Assembly (NCBI GenBank): GCA_947624935.1
Contig: CANQML010000001.1
Coordinates: 1-54,534, forward strand
Direction: 5' to 3'
Length of the DNA: 54,534 nt
Source: Candidatus Gastranaerophilales bacterium
GTDB lineage: Bacteria; Cyanobacteriota; Vampirovibrionia; Gastranaerophilales; Gastranaerophilaceae
In this document: positions 7,757 to 15,936 of the stretch, one piece after another
How positions within the stretch are numbered: the stretch's first letter is position 1
How the letters are laid out: each line of letters starts with the position of its first letter
The notes under the pieces: generated by a model
Database searches by the model: none
What the model was told of the DNA's origin: nothing
The model's input: the letters and a program-made list of their open reading frames with translations, nothing else
Position numbers and translations under genes: made by a program

Positions 7757-8217
7757 TGAATAGCTGTACTAATAAACAATGTTCTTTATACGGCAAATGC
7801 AATTTAGGCACTAATTGTATTCTGTATAAAGGGAAAGCAAAAGGCAATAAATATCACGCCGAAAAATGCGAATATAAGGGCGAAATCTTTGATAGCCAAA
7901 AGGAAAGAGATAGGTATATCGAATTAACCTTGCTTTTAAAAGCTGGTGAAATAACCGATTTACAAAGGCAAGTTAAATACGAGCTTATTCCTGCTCAAAG
8001 AGAGGCTGATACCATAGGTAAAAGGGGCGGGGTAAAAAAAGGTAAGCTAATCGAGGCGGGAGTGGGCTATGTTGCTGATTTTGTTTACAAAGATAAAAAC
8101 GGCAATCTTGTTGTAGAGGACGTAAAAGGTTATAGACAAGGCGGTGCATACGCCGTGTTTACGATAAAACGAAAACTATTTTTGTATAAGTATGGAATAA
8201 GAATAAAAGAGGTGTAA
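7756..8217 (+). CDS. DUF1064-family nuclease-fold protein (putative Holliday-junction resolvase)
   Basis: Motifs KYHA..GEIFDSQKERDRYIEL...GEITDLQRQVKYEL...YVADFVY...VVEDVKG match the DUF1064 pattern as recalled. Confidence 0.6.
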   Translation: MNSCTNKQCSLYGKCNLGTNCILYKGKAKGNKYHAEKCEYKGEIFDSQKERDRYIELTLLLKAGEITDLQRQVKYELIPAQREADTIGKRGGVKKGKLIEAGVGYVADFVYKDKNGNLVVEDVKGYRQGGAYAVFTIKRKLFLYKYGIRIKEV

Positions 8218-8219
8218 TT

Positions 8220-8492
8220 ATGAAAAGAAAAATACTTATTGTTTTAATGGCATTAAGTCTATGTTTACTATGTGGCTGTGCCTCAACTGCAAGGGCTTGT
8301 AAATCTTGTAGTAGCGATATGAACGGCGGGCTTGATAGAATAATCAATGTTTATTCACTTGACGGACAGCTGATAGCAACCTACGAGGGGTTTGTAGACA
8401 TAGACGATAACGATAACGGCTCAATTATGTTTGACCTTAACGGCAAACGTTATGTATATTATAATGCAATAATTGAAGTAATTGAAAAATAA
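8220..8492 (+). CDS. lipoprotein
   Basis: Signal peptide MKRKILIVLMALSLCLLCGC with a lipobox-like LCGC. Confidence 0.55.
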   Translation: MKRKILIVLMALSLCLLCGCASTARACKSCSSDMNGGLDRIINVYSLDGQLIATYEGFVDIDDNDNGSIMFDLNGKRYVYYNAIIEVIEK

Positions 8493-8507
8493 AAAGGAGA
8501 ATTAACA

Positions 8508-8750
8508 ATGTTTAAAAGAAATAAAAACCACTGCACACAACAAAATTACAAATCATCATTTGTTATAAAGATATTTTATCCGACACACGAGTGGACGGAC
8601 TATTTTAACACAGAGGATAGTTGGAATGAAACTTTTGATAAAATCAATAAACTTTTTCAAGAAAAAAACAATGAGGATAAAATTATTGTTTTAGACAACG
8701 TAATTCATAATTTATCGCGCGCAGACGTGGTACTTAAATGTAAAGAGTAA
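8508..8750 (+). CDS. hypothetical protein
   Basis: AAGGAG RBS. Confidence 0.5.
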   Translation: MFKRNKNHCTQQNYKSSFVIKIFYPTHEWTDYFNTEDSWNETFDKINKLFQEKNNEDKIIVLDNVIHNLSRADVVLKCKE

Positions 8751-8763
8751 AGGAGAATTAACA

Positions 8764-9114
8764 ATGCGGAAATGGATTTGGACTTTTGGTGGTGAAACGA
8801 TATTTAGAAATAAATATGTTGTTGTTTACTGCGAAAAAGGTGATGGTAGGGATATATTGTTTGAGATATACGGCAGAGAAAATTTGTGTATGTCTTATCT
8901 TGAACAGTTTGAACCTGAAAAAGAAACGGAATTAAGGCACAAAGGCTATACGCAAATAGCGGAATGGACTATAACAGATAAGTATATAAGTGTTGACGTT
9001 TATCATTATGTAGATTGTGGGCGGTTAGATAAAGAAACGATAACACAGCAAGGCGATACTTTATCTTATGATTTTATACATAAAGTATGGGAAACTATGA
9101 TAGGTGGTGTGTAA
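8764..9114 (+). CDS. hypothetical protein
   Basis: AAGGAG RBS. Confidence 0.5.
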   Translation: MRKWIWTFGGETIFRNKYVVVYCEKGDGRDILFEIYGRENLCMSYLEQFEPEKETELRHKGYTQIAEWTITDKYISVDVYHYVDCGRLDKETITQQGDTLSYDFIHKVWETMIGGV

Positions 9115-9260
9115 TGAGATATTTTACTAATGATATACCCGACGCTCCGTGGATAAAAAGAGCGGAATTATACGGTGACCCGTGGTATGACCCGTATTTT
9201 GACGACAACGAAGAAAATTATGATTATGAAGAAGAAAGCGAGGACGAAGAGGTAGAATAA
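9114..9260 (+). CDS. small acidic protein (48 aa), not in ORF track
   Basis: TAATG overlaps at both ends. MRYFTNDIPDAPWIKRAELYGDPWYDPYFDDNEENYDYEEESEDEEVE*. Confidence 0.4.
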   Translation: MRYFTNDIPDAPWIKRAELYGDPWYDPYFDDNEENYDYEEESEDEEVE

Positions 9261-9769
9261 TGGCACAATTATATATGTTAACAGAAAAAGCGAAAGAGCT
9301 TTATAACAATTTAATGGAAACAGCAGATACCGAAACGGGCGAGATTGATACCGATATATCTCAACAGCTTGATAATATGCTTATGGAAGTAAACGAAAAA
9401 GCTGTAACAATAGGTAGTGTATATCGCGCTATGACTACGGAAGCTGACAATGTACAAAAAGAAATAGACCGCTTGCAAGCGATACACGACCGAATAGATA
9501 AAAAGGCGAAGAAATTAAAAGAGTATTTATCTATTAACTTACAAAAGTTAGGCATAGAAAAAATACAAGGTCTTTATGCGAACATATCGTTTACTACTTC
9601 GCGACGCTGTATTGTTACTGAAATAAACGCTATTCCAGAAAAATATTTGAAAAAAGAAGTAAAAATAGAAGTCAATCCCGACTTAAATGCTATAAAAAAG
9701 GCTATAAAGAGCGGTGAAGAAATAGACGGTGCGCATATTGAAACCGTAAAGAATATACAAATTAAGTGA
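9260..9769 (+). CDS. siphovirus Gp157-family protein
   Basis: Size, N-terminal coiled coil, the ...IPEKYLKK...GEEIDGAHIE... pattern, and position just upstream of the recombinase. Confidence 0.55.
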   Translation: MAQLYMLTEKAKELYNNLMETADTETGEIDTDISQQLDNMLMEVNEKAVTIGSVYRAMTTEADNVQKEIDRLQAIHDRIDKKAKKLKEYLSINLQKLGIEKIQGLYANISFTTSRRCIVTEINAIPEKYLKKEVKIEVNPDLNAIKKAIKSGEEIDGAHIETVKNIQIK

Positions 9770-9780
9770 GGGAATAAACA

Positions 9781-10494
9781 ATGAATATTTACGAAAAATT
9801 ACTTGCAATACAAACAGAGCTTAAAGCTCCGAAAAGTCAATACAATTCTTTTGGTAAATACAATTACCGCAACTGCGAAGATATTTTAGAGGCGGTAAAG
9901 CCTATTTGCAAAAAATATAATGTCGTACTTTTCTTAACAGACGATATTATCTATGTTGAGGGTAGGCATTATGTAAAAGCAACGGCAACGCTTATTGATT
10001 GCGAAAAGCCTAATGAAATGGTGTTTGTTTCGGCAAACGCAAGAGAGGAAGCGGAAAAGAAAGGAATGGACGGCTCGCAGGTAACGGGTGCAAGCAGTTC
10101 CTACGCTCGTAAATACGCCCTTAACGGCTTATTCGATATAGACGATACCAAAGACAGCGACACAACAAATACGGGCGATAAAACGGCAAAAGAAAAGCCT
10201 GCGGAAAGCGCAAGCAATAGTACAGTAAGCAACGCGCAACCGCCTAAACCGATAGCGCAAGCAAGCGGTGCAATGACTTTGGCGCAAGCAAAAGCATATT
10301 GCTTTACAAACGGCAAAAACGCAAACAAGCCTCTTGGTGAGGCAAGCGACGGTTTTTTAACCTGGGTTAGCCAAAACGGCAACGGAAAAGCAAAAATGGC
10401 GGCAGATATAATTTTGAAAAGCCGTGCGGAAGTAAAATCATATCAACAATCTTTAATAGAAGATACAGAGGACGACGGAGATATTCCTTTTTGA
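9781..10494 (+). CDS. erf: ERF-family single-strand annealing recombinase with SSB-like acidic C-terminal tip
   Basis: N-terminus MNIYEKLLAIQTELKAPKSQYNSFGKYNYRNCEDILEAVKP is typical of the ERF family. It ends in DDGDIPF. Confidence 0.75.
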   Translation: MNIYEKLLAIQTELKAPKSQYNSFGKYNYRNCEDILEAVKPICKKYNVVLFLTDDIIYVEGRHYVKATATLIDCEKPNEMVFVSANAREEAEKKGMDGSQVTGASSSYARKYALNGLFDIDDTKDSDTTNTGDKTAKEKPAESASNSTVSNAQPPKPIAQASGAMTLAQAKAYCFTNGKNANKPLGEASDGFLTWVSQNGNGKAKMAADIILKSRAEVKSYQQSLIEDTEDDGDIPF

Positions 10495-10502
10495 GGTGAG
10501 TT

Positions 10503-10982
10503 ATGTTAAAAATAATGGCAAAGAAATGGGCTAAAAATCAAAAACTTTTGAAACAAAAATTTGCAACGACAAAAGGCTTAAATATATGTAATTATATTGA
10601 TATTGTTAAAATGACATTTGATGTTATTTATAATTCTAACGAACAAGATTATGGTAGTAAACTTGATATTGAACAAATAACACAAATTGATAATGGCGAT
10701 TATCAAGGAACACTTCTTTATCTTATACCATTTGACACATATCAACCGAGCGAATACGAATACTTAATGACCTATGTTGATTATGGAAGTTGTAGCGGTT
10801 GCGATACTCTTATGGCAATACAGGCTTATGGATATAGCGAGGAGTTTCTTAACGATAGGCAAGTAAAAGAGTTTATGCAACTTGCATTACATATTATACA
10901 ACATACTATTAGACCGTACAATTGTGGTTGGAGAAAAGACGAAGATTTTGAAACAATAGAAACCGACAAAACAGAGGATTAA
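10503..10982 (+). CDS. hypothetical protein (YGSCSGCD motif)
   Basis: Operon context only. Confidence 0.5.
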   Translation: MLKIMAKKWAKNQKLLKQKFATTKGLNICNYIDIVKMTFDVIYNSNEQDYGSKLDIEQITQIDNGDYQGTLLYLIPFDTYQPSEYEYLMTYVDYGSCSGCDTLMAIQAYGYSEEFLNDRQVKEFMQLALHIIQHTIRPYNCGWRKDEDFETIETDKTED

Positions 10983-10985
10983 ATT

Positions 10986-11225
10986 ATGACTGAACAAGCA
11001 AAGAAGTTGTTAAGTGATTATATAAGTTTATGCCCTACTGCACCGCAAAAGACACAGTCTGCATTGTCTTTATATAATCTTTACGAAACCGCTTTACAAA
11101 TAGTAGAAAGCGATAAAGACAATGAAACCATACAGCAAGCAATGTTATACTTAAAAGCAGATATATCAAAAGGGCTTTTAGAATTGTCTGAAAACATTAT
11201 AAAGCAACATAAGGGGGAAGAATAA
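10986..11225 (+). CDS. hypothetical protein
   Basis: Operon context only. Confidence 0.5.
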   Translation: MTEQAKKLLSDYISLCPTAPQKTQSALSLYNLYETALQIVESDKDNETIQQAMLYLKADISKGLLELSENIIKQHKGEE

Positions 11226-11629
11226 TGGCAACGCTAAAAGAATATGTAGAACAATACGGTGGTTTTATAGACGATTTAGGTATTATAAAGCAATTTATTA
11301 TAGGCAATGGACTTGAAGAAGAGGCTATTAAAATGCTTGCCGAATTGTCCGAGATAAAGATAAACAGCCTTAAACAGGGTATGTATGCGTTTAGAGGTAA
11401 TGTGCAAATGCTATCTATGAATAATTACCGAGATTTTTATGAAAAAGATTTTGCCGATTTATTGCAAAAAGCAAGTTTTTTTGTAGCTATTGGTCAAGAT
11501 ATAAAACAATACGAGTTTTGGGAAAAGCTGAAAGAGGAAGTGCCCAAACATAAAATTAACTTATTGTTGTGGAACGATTTGCACGAACTATTAACAAAAA
11601 ACGGCATTAAATTCAAGGGAGAAGAATAA
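11225..11629 (+). CDS. hypothetical protein
   Basis: TAATG start/stop overlap. Confidence 0.5.
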   Translation: MATLKEYVEQYGGFIDDLGIIKQFIIGNGLEEEAIKMLAELSEIKINSLKQGMYAFRGNVQMLSMNNYRDFYEKDFADLLQKASFFVAIGQDIKQYEFWEKLKEEVPKHKINLLLWNDLHELLTKNGIKFKGEE

Positions 11630-12057
11630 TGCAAGATTTAACCACTATTGATTGGCAGATTTACAACATACTCAAAGAGCAAACAGATTGGATTAGCCAA
11701 AAAGATTTAGCCTTGCTTTACTTGCAAAAGAATAATTATCAAACGGCTTATGAAGAGTGTTTAGCTCAATCTTCCGCTGAATTTCATAACAATAATCAAA
11801 TAAGAAAGGTTATTACAAAGTCTATAAGAAACCTTAATCAAAGTGATACGACACAGAAAATCATTTTAAGCGGCTCAAAGGGCGTTAAAATAGCCAACGA
11901 AGAAGAGTTTGACTTATATATCGAAAGGCAAATGATAGCCGTTAAAAGCAAAATAGGGCGTATTTCAAAGATAGCTAAAAAGGGCAATAGAAACGGACAA
12001 TGCCGTATCACTTTTGGTAAATACGAAAGAGATTTTATAGAGGCATTTAAGGAGTGA
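11629..12057 (+). CDS. hypothetical protein
   Basis: TAATG start/stop overlap. Confidence 0.5.
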   Translation: MQDLTTIDWQIYNILKEQTDWISQKDLALLYLQKNNYQTAYEECLAQSSAEFHNNNQIRKVITKSIRNLNQSDTTQKIILSGSKGVKIANEEEFDLYIERQMIAVKSKIGRISKIAKKGNRNGQCRITFGKYERDFIEAFKE

Positions 12058-12062
12058 TTATT

Positions 12063-12263
12063 ATGGAAATGAGAGAAAATGAATTGCATAAGGCGATACA
12101 AGAAACTGTATGGCACGAGGCAGACTATAAATTCTGGACTTTTTTTGACTGTCCTGTTTGCGGGAAAAGATTGTGCGGCACAAGTACGCCAGATGATGAA
12201 AAACTTATGGCAAGATATTTCCCAAATTATTGCCCTAATTGTGGAGCAAGATTAGAGAGGTAA
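12063..12263 (+). CDS. zinc-ribbon protein
   Basis: CPVC...CPNC pairs. ATG 12063 is preferred to the GTG at 12054. Confidence 0.5.
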   Translation: MEMRENELHKAIQETVWHEADYKFWTFFDCPVCGKRLCGTSTPDDEKLMARYFPNYCPNCGARLER

Positions 12264-12359
12264 ATAATGGAAAACATAGTTAAAGAGCAAATAGAAGAAA
12301 TAGCCGAAGATACAGGGTTAGATTTTTCCATAAAGGACGAATAAATTTCAAAATTTCCC

Positions 12360-12388
12360 TTGACAACCGAATAATAAAGGGTTATAAT
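12360..12388 (+). promoter_or_regulatory. consensus promoter TTGACA-17-TATAAT driving the tRNA unit
   Basis: TTGACA at 12360..12365 and TATAAT at 12383..12388. Confidence 0.75.
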
Positions 12389-12503
12389 GAATACAGATTA
12401 AAAAATGCGGCTTTTTAATCGAAATAAACAGTTATAAACCCTTGTTGATAGTGAAAGTATGCCGCATTGTGCGAGTAGCTATTGATAAGGGCTTTATATT
12501 TAT

Positions 12504-12577
12504 AGAGGTGTAGCTCAATGGTAGAGCGCGCGGCTTTGACCCGTGATATGTAAGTTCAATTCTTGCCGCCTCTGCCA
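12504..12577 (+). tRNA. tRNA-Gln (anticodon UUG), CCA encoded
   Basis: Hand-folded cloverleaf. Acceptor AGAGGUG/CGCCUCU, D arm GCUC-AAUGGUA-GAGC, anticodon arm CGCGG-CUUUGAC-CCGUG, T arm GUAAG-UUCAAUU-CUUGC, discriminator G. Confidence 0.85.
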
Positions 12578-12739
12578 CGCCGCCGCGTGCGAAGTAGGAC
12601 GGAAAATATCTATAACCGTTAGGAACAAGCGGGATATTGATGTCTGAGTTAAGCGGAAACTAAAATATCTTACGCGTGATTTATTTTAGCAGTTAAGCCG
12701 TGCCAAACTTGGCTAAGTAACTATAAATATCGGAAACAA

Positions 12740-12815
12740 GCTTCAATAGCTCAATCGGCAGAGCAATCGCCTTGTAAGCGATAGGTTGCAAGTTCAAATC
12801 TTGCTTGAAGCTCCA
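12740..12815 (+). tRNA. tRNA-Thr (anticodon UGU), CCA encoded
   Basis: Hand-folded cloverleaf. Acceptor GCUUCAA/UUGAAGC, D arm GCUC-AAUCGGCA-GAGC, anticodon arm AUCGC-CUUGUAA-GCGAU, T arm GCAAG-UUCAAAU-CUUGC. Confidence 0.85.
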
Positions 12816-12842
12816 AAACAAATAAAAAGTATTAAAAAAGTA

Positions 12843-12871
12843 TTGACATTGTACCATAATAGTGTTATAAT
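12843..12871 (+). promoter_or_regulatory. consensus promoter TTGACA-17-TATAAT
   Basis: TTGACA at 12843..12848 and TATAAT at 12866..12871. Confidence 0.75.
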
Positions 12872-12968
12872 AAAAGGGTAAAAAGCAGGACAGTAGGTAG
12901 CTCCTATTGCCGATAATCACCTTATGTCGGCTAACTGCTTTTTTACAAACCATATTATAGGTGTAGTT

Positions 12969-13376
12969 ATGGCTAACAATTTCAAGAAAAAGCAAAAGGA
13001 AGAACGCAAAAAGTTTAGGTCGTGGGAGTGCGAATTTCAAAAAGATAGATACATAAGATTTCCGCACAGCGCATTAACACACGAAAATTTCAAAAGTCTG
13101 TCGGTTTATGCCAAAACTTTGTATATGTATATGAAAGATTGGGCGTATGGTTGCAAAGGTTTTATTGAAAAGCAAGAAAACAACGGCAATGGCGAGTTTG
13201 AGTTTTCAATTAGATTAGCAAAAAGCATATTAAACTGTTCTTTACAAAAAGCAAGTGATACAGTACACGAATTAGAGCAAAAAGGTTTTATAGAAAGACA
13301 AAACAATTCTGCCCGTTCATACCAAACAAGTATATGGCAATTTTCTGATAAGTGGTATAAAGGGGATATGGTATAA
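12969..13376 (+). CDS. winged-helix DNA-binding protein (paralogue of 16878..17282)
   Basis: Shares YxRxxxxxL...LSxxAxxLYxxMKxxAxG...ELxxKGFIE...YxFSxxW with the 16878 product. ATG 12969 lies after a structured leader. Confidence 0.5.
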   Translation: MANNFKKKQKEERKKFRSWECEFQKDRYIRFPHSALTHENFKSLSVYAKTLYMYMKDWAYGCKGFIEKQENNGNGEFEFSIRLAKSILNCSLQKASDTVHELEQKGFIERQNNSARSYQTSIWQFSDKWYKGDMV

Positions 13377-13423
13377 TATAATATTTGTACTGTAAAATAG
13401 AATAGAAAAAAGTGAAACCTATT

Positions 13424-13518
13424 TGTCCTTTGTGGTAGAATAGCTTACAAGCGATAAATTCTTAAAACAGCGTTCGTGTCCTACGAGGTAGAACAAGCCA
13501 TTTCTATGGGATAGGACA
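13424..13518 (+). promoter_or_regulatory. operator-like repeats plus extended -10 promoter upstream of the XRE gene
   Basis: TGTCCT-N5-GTAGAA occurs at 13424 and 13477, with an inverted AGGACA at 13513. TGgTAGAAT at 13433..13441. Confidence 0.35.
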
Positions 13519-13541
13519 GCAAAATAAACATTGAGGTAGTT

Positions 13542-13736
13542 ATGAATACCAAACAAATAAGATTAAGTGCGTATTTAACACAACGGAAGTTTGCCGAGCG
13601 GTTGGGTGTTAGTGTTAGTAGTGTTAGAGCGTGGGAACAAAACTTGTGCAAGCCTAACATAACACAACAAGGCAAGATAGTAGCGTTTTGTAGAGAGAAT
13701 AATATACCTATTGAAACAAAGGCAAATAATGAATAA
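13542..13736 (+). CDS. XRE-type HTH regulator
   Basis: LTQRKFAERLGVSVSSVRAWEQ is an HTH core. Confidence 0.6.
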   Translation: MNTKQIRLSAYLTQRKFAERLGVSVSSVRAWEQNLCKPNITQQGKIVAFCRENNIPIETKANNE

Positions 13737-14313
13737 ATTTATCTGTTCGGGTAGGTTTTGTGCAGACCCGATACTAATTGAAAAAGACGATAAAATTGTA
13801 GCTTGTAGGTTTACGCTTGCTGTTGCGCGTGAAATGCCTCAAATACGAGGACAAACTGATTTTATTGATTTTATATCTTATTGCTCCGAGAAAAACAATA
13901 CGGCTGATTATATACGGCAATATTGTAGAAAAGGTATGCTTGTAGAGGTAGTAGCCGAAGTGCATACTAAACTAATGGATAGAGAAGATAAAAAGTTTAA
14001 GTTAGAGCAAAAGGTTGTATATTCAATCCGTATTCTTTCCTCTAAAAAAGAGTATGCAGACTTTATAGAAAGCGTACATAAAAAGAGAGGAAGAAAACCG
14101 AAAAAGAAAGTAGAGAATAGTGATACAGAAACTACCGAAACTACCGAGAATAAGCAAGTAGCCGAAACCGATAATAAGCCTAAAAAGACTATTAAAGAAA
14201 CGGCTGTAAAGCAAGAAACGGAAGTTACGGAAGTTGAGGAAGAGCTTGACGATATAGAAAAAGAGATAAGCAAATACACAACATTTTCCGTTGACGATAT
14301 GATACCATTTTAA
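13729..14313 (+). CDS. ssb: single-stranded DNA-binding protein
   Basis: OB-fold-like N-terminus (MNKFICSGRFCADPIL...), low-complexity acidic linker, and C-terminal DDMIPF tip. ATG 13729 is preferred to the TTG at 13711. Confidence 0.75.
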   Translation: MNKFICSGRFCADPILIEKDDKIVACRFTLAVAREMPQIRGQTDFIDFISYCSEKNNTADYIRQYCRKGMLVEVVAEVHTKLMDREDKKFKLEQKVVYSIRILSSKKEYADFIESVHKKRGRKPKKKVENSDTETTETTENKQVAETDNKPKKTIKETAVKQETEVTEVEEELDDIEKEISKYTTFSVDDMIPF

Positions 14314-14323
14314 GAGGTGATAT

Positions 14324-14476
14324 ATGTATAATTGTATAATTAAAGGTTGTTCTTGCGAATACGCAGAATATAATGGGTTATGTGGCTCGTATGATTGCAT
14401 AAAGGACAACAAAGAAGAAATTGACGATATAGACGAAATGAATTTTTATGATTTAATGGACGAGGGCGAATTATGA
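14324..14476 (+). CDS. small Cys-rich protein (50 aa), not in ORF track
   Basis: RBS GAGGTG. ATGA overlap with the next gene. Confidence 0.4.
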   Translation: MYNCIIKGCSCEYAEYNGLCGSYDCIKDNKEEIDDIDEMNFYDLMDEGEL

Positions 14477-14841
14477 GAGAGATTTTATTTCGTGGAAAAA
14501 CATTTGACGGTGAATGGCTTTATGGCGACTTGTGGAATGGAATAGATAAATACATTAATAGCAATGTATGCATAATGTTAGTAGACCCCGACACCGTTTC
14601 CGAGTTTACGGGTTTATACGATAAAAACGGCAAAAGGATATTTGAGGGAGATATTATAACCGCAAATGTCGGGCAAAGCGAAAACGAAGATGAATACCTA
14701 TCCAGCACAAACATAGTTGTTTCTTTTGAAAATGGATATTTTTATCCTTTTGCTATTGCTTGCGGTTGGAGAAGTTGGGTAACAGATATAGAAGTTATAG
14801 GCAACAAGTGGGATAATCCCGAATTACTAAAAGAGGACTAA
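14473..14841 (+). CDS. YopX-family protein
   Basis: MREILFRGKT...GEWLYGDL...EFTGLYDKNGKRIFEGDII is the characteristic YopX pattern. Confidence 0.7.
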   Translation: MREILFRGKTFDGEWLYGDLWNGIDKYINSNVCIMLVDPDTVSEFTGLYDKNGKRIFEGDIITANVGQSENEDEYLSSTNIVVSFENGYFYPFAIACGWRSWVTDIEVIGNKWDNPELLKED

Positions 14842-14843
14842 TT

Positions 14844-15122
14844 ATGACAATACAAGAAGCTATTGAGTTAATAGGTCAACCTATTTATGTGTATGAAGTG
14901 TATCAAAGTTTATACACTGAAAAGAAAGAGGTTTTCTTTGATATTTATGAAAGCAAGATAATAATGGTAGGCAAAGATTTTGTGTATGATGACGATAGTT
15001 CACTAAAAGATATAGGGAGAACTCATTATTTTAACGAATATAACGAAACTTGGTTTACCGATAAAGATTTATGCGAGCAAGCGGCTAAAAACGAAATAGA
15101 GGAAATGAATTATGACAAATAG
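14844..15122 (+). CDS. hypothetical protein
   Basis: Operon context only. Confidence 0.5.
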   Translation: MTIQEAIELIGQPIYVYEVYQSLYTEKKEVFFDIYESKIIMVGKDFVYDDDSSLKDIGRTHYFNEYNETWFTDKDLCEQAAKNEIEEMNYDK

Positions 15123-15288
15123 ACAATGGCTTGAAAGTTTAAATGATGAAGAATTGGCGAAACAACTTTTAGAAAAAAAGTGTACGCGCTGTATTTGCAA
15201 AGTTGCAGGTGGGAACGCTTGCGTAAATACAGATTGCTATGTTGCGACTGAAAAATGGCTTAAAGCCGAACATAAAGACGAGGAATAA
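15112..15288 (+). CDS. small Cys-containing protein (58 aa), not in ORF track
   Basis: MTNRQWLESLNDEELAKQLLEKKCTRCICK.... It overlaps the previous gene's end and stops 2 nt before the next ATG. Confidence 0.45.
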   Translation: MTNRQWLESLNDEELAKQLLEKKCTRCICKVAGGNACVNTDCYVATEKWLKAEHKDEE

Positions 15289-15290
15289 CT

Positions 15291-15692
15291 ATGAGTAAAA
15301 TATTTCTTAAAATGGTTTTTATTGATATAAAAGAAGATTGTCCGACTTTCTTGCTGAAAGAAGTGTATGAAATACGAAATGTTATGTACACTTATATAGA
15401 CGATAAAGAAGAAATAGAGAAGATAAAGCAAGGTTTTGAAAAAGACGGCTTGGATTGCTTTATCGAGGACGGCGTACTTTATATCACGGGAATAGACAGA
15501 AAAAATAAAGAGAGAATAGAGGCAGGTATAAAAGAGCTAACAGAAAAAATGGAAGCTATAAGAAAGTTTGAAGCTATGCCTAATCCCATAATAAACGATT
15601 ATCCCAAAACAGATGATTATGAGAAAGACTATATAGACCGCCTTGCCGAAAAATATCGTAAAGAGGCAGAAGATAAAGGTAAATTAAACTAA
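15291..15692 (+). CDS. hypothetical protein
   Basis: Operon context only. Confidence 0.5.
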   Translation: MSKIFLKMVFIDIKEDCPTFLLKEVYEIRNVMYTYIDDKEEIEKIKQGFEKDGLDCFIEDGVLYITGIDRKNKERIEAGIKELTEKMEAIRKFEAMPNPIINDYPKTDDYEKDYIDRLAEKYRKEAEDKGKLN

Positions 15693-15706
15693 AAGGGGAA
15701 CTGTGT

Positions 15707-15934
15707 ATGTCATATTATTGTATTAGCTTGGCTTGCAAAAAATTTGAGCAATGCAAAAGAGCTTGTATTTATGCTAATTTTCCCAATGTAGCCATAGAAG
15801 ATTTTTCATATTATGGTTCTTCAAGTTGTCATATTGACAAAGACGGCAAACAACATTTTGAAAATGAATATTGGTGCGGAGCTAACGGAAATTACAAAAT
15901 GTTTATACCAATAACAGAGGGAATTAACAAATAA
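15707..15934 (+). CDS. Cys-rich hypothetical protein
   Basis: Operon context only. Confidence 0.5.
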   Translation: MSYYCISLACKKFEQCKRACIYANFPNVAIEDFSYYGSSSCHIDKDGKQHFENEYWCGANGNYKMFIPITEGINK

Positions 15935-15936
15935 AA

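Noticed and set aside
12578-12739. A third (possibly suppressor) tRNA in the spacer between the two tRNAs.
   Set aside because: No acceptor or T-arm cloverleaf could be folded on either strand, and there is no GTTCRA-type T-loop.
12693-13067. Minus-strand 124-aa ORF.
   Set aside because: It overlaps tRNA-Thr, a consensus plus-strand promoter and the start of the 12969 gene, so it is spurious.
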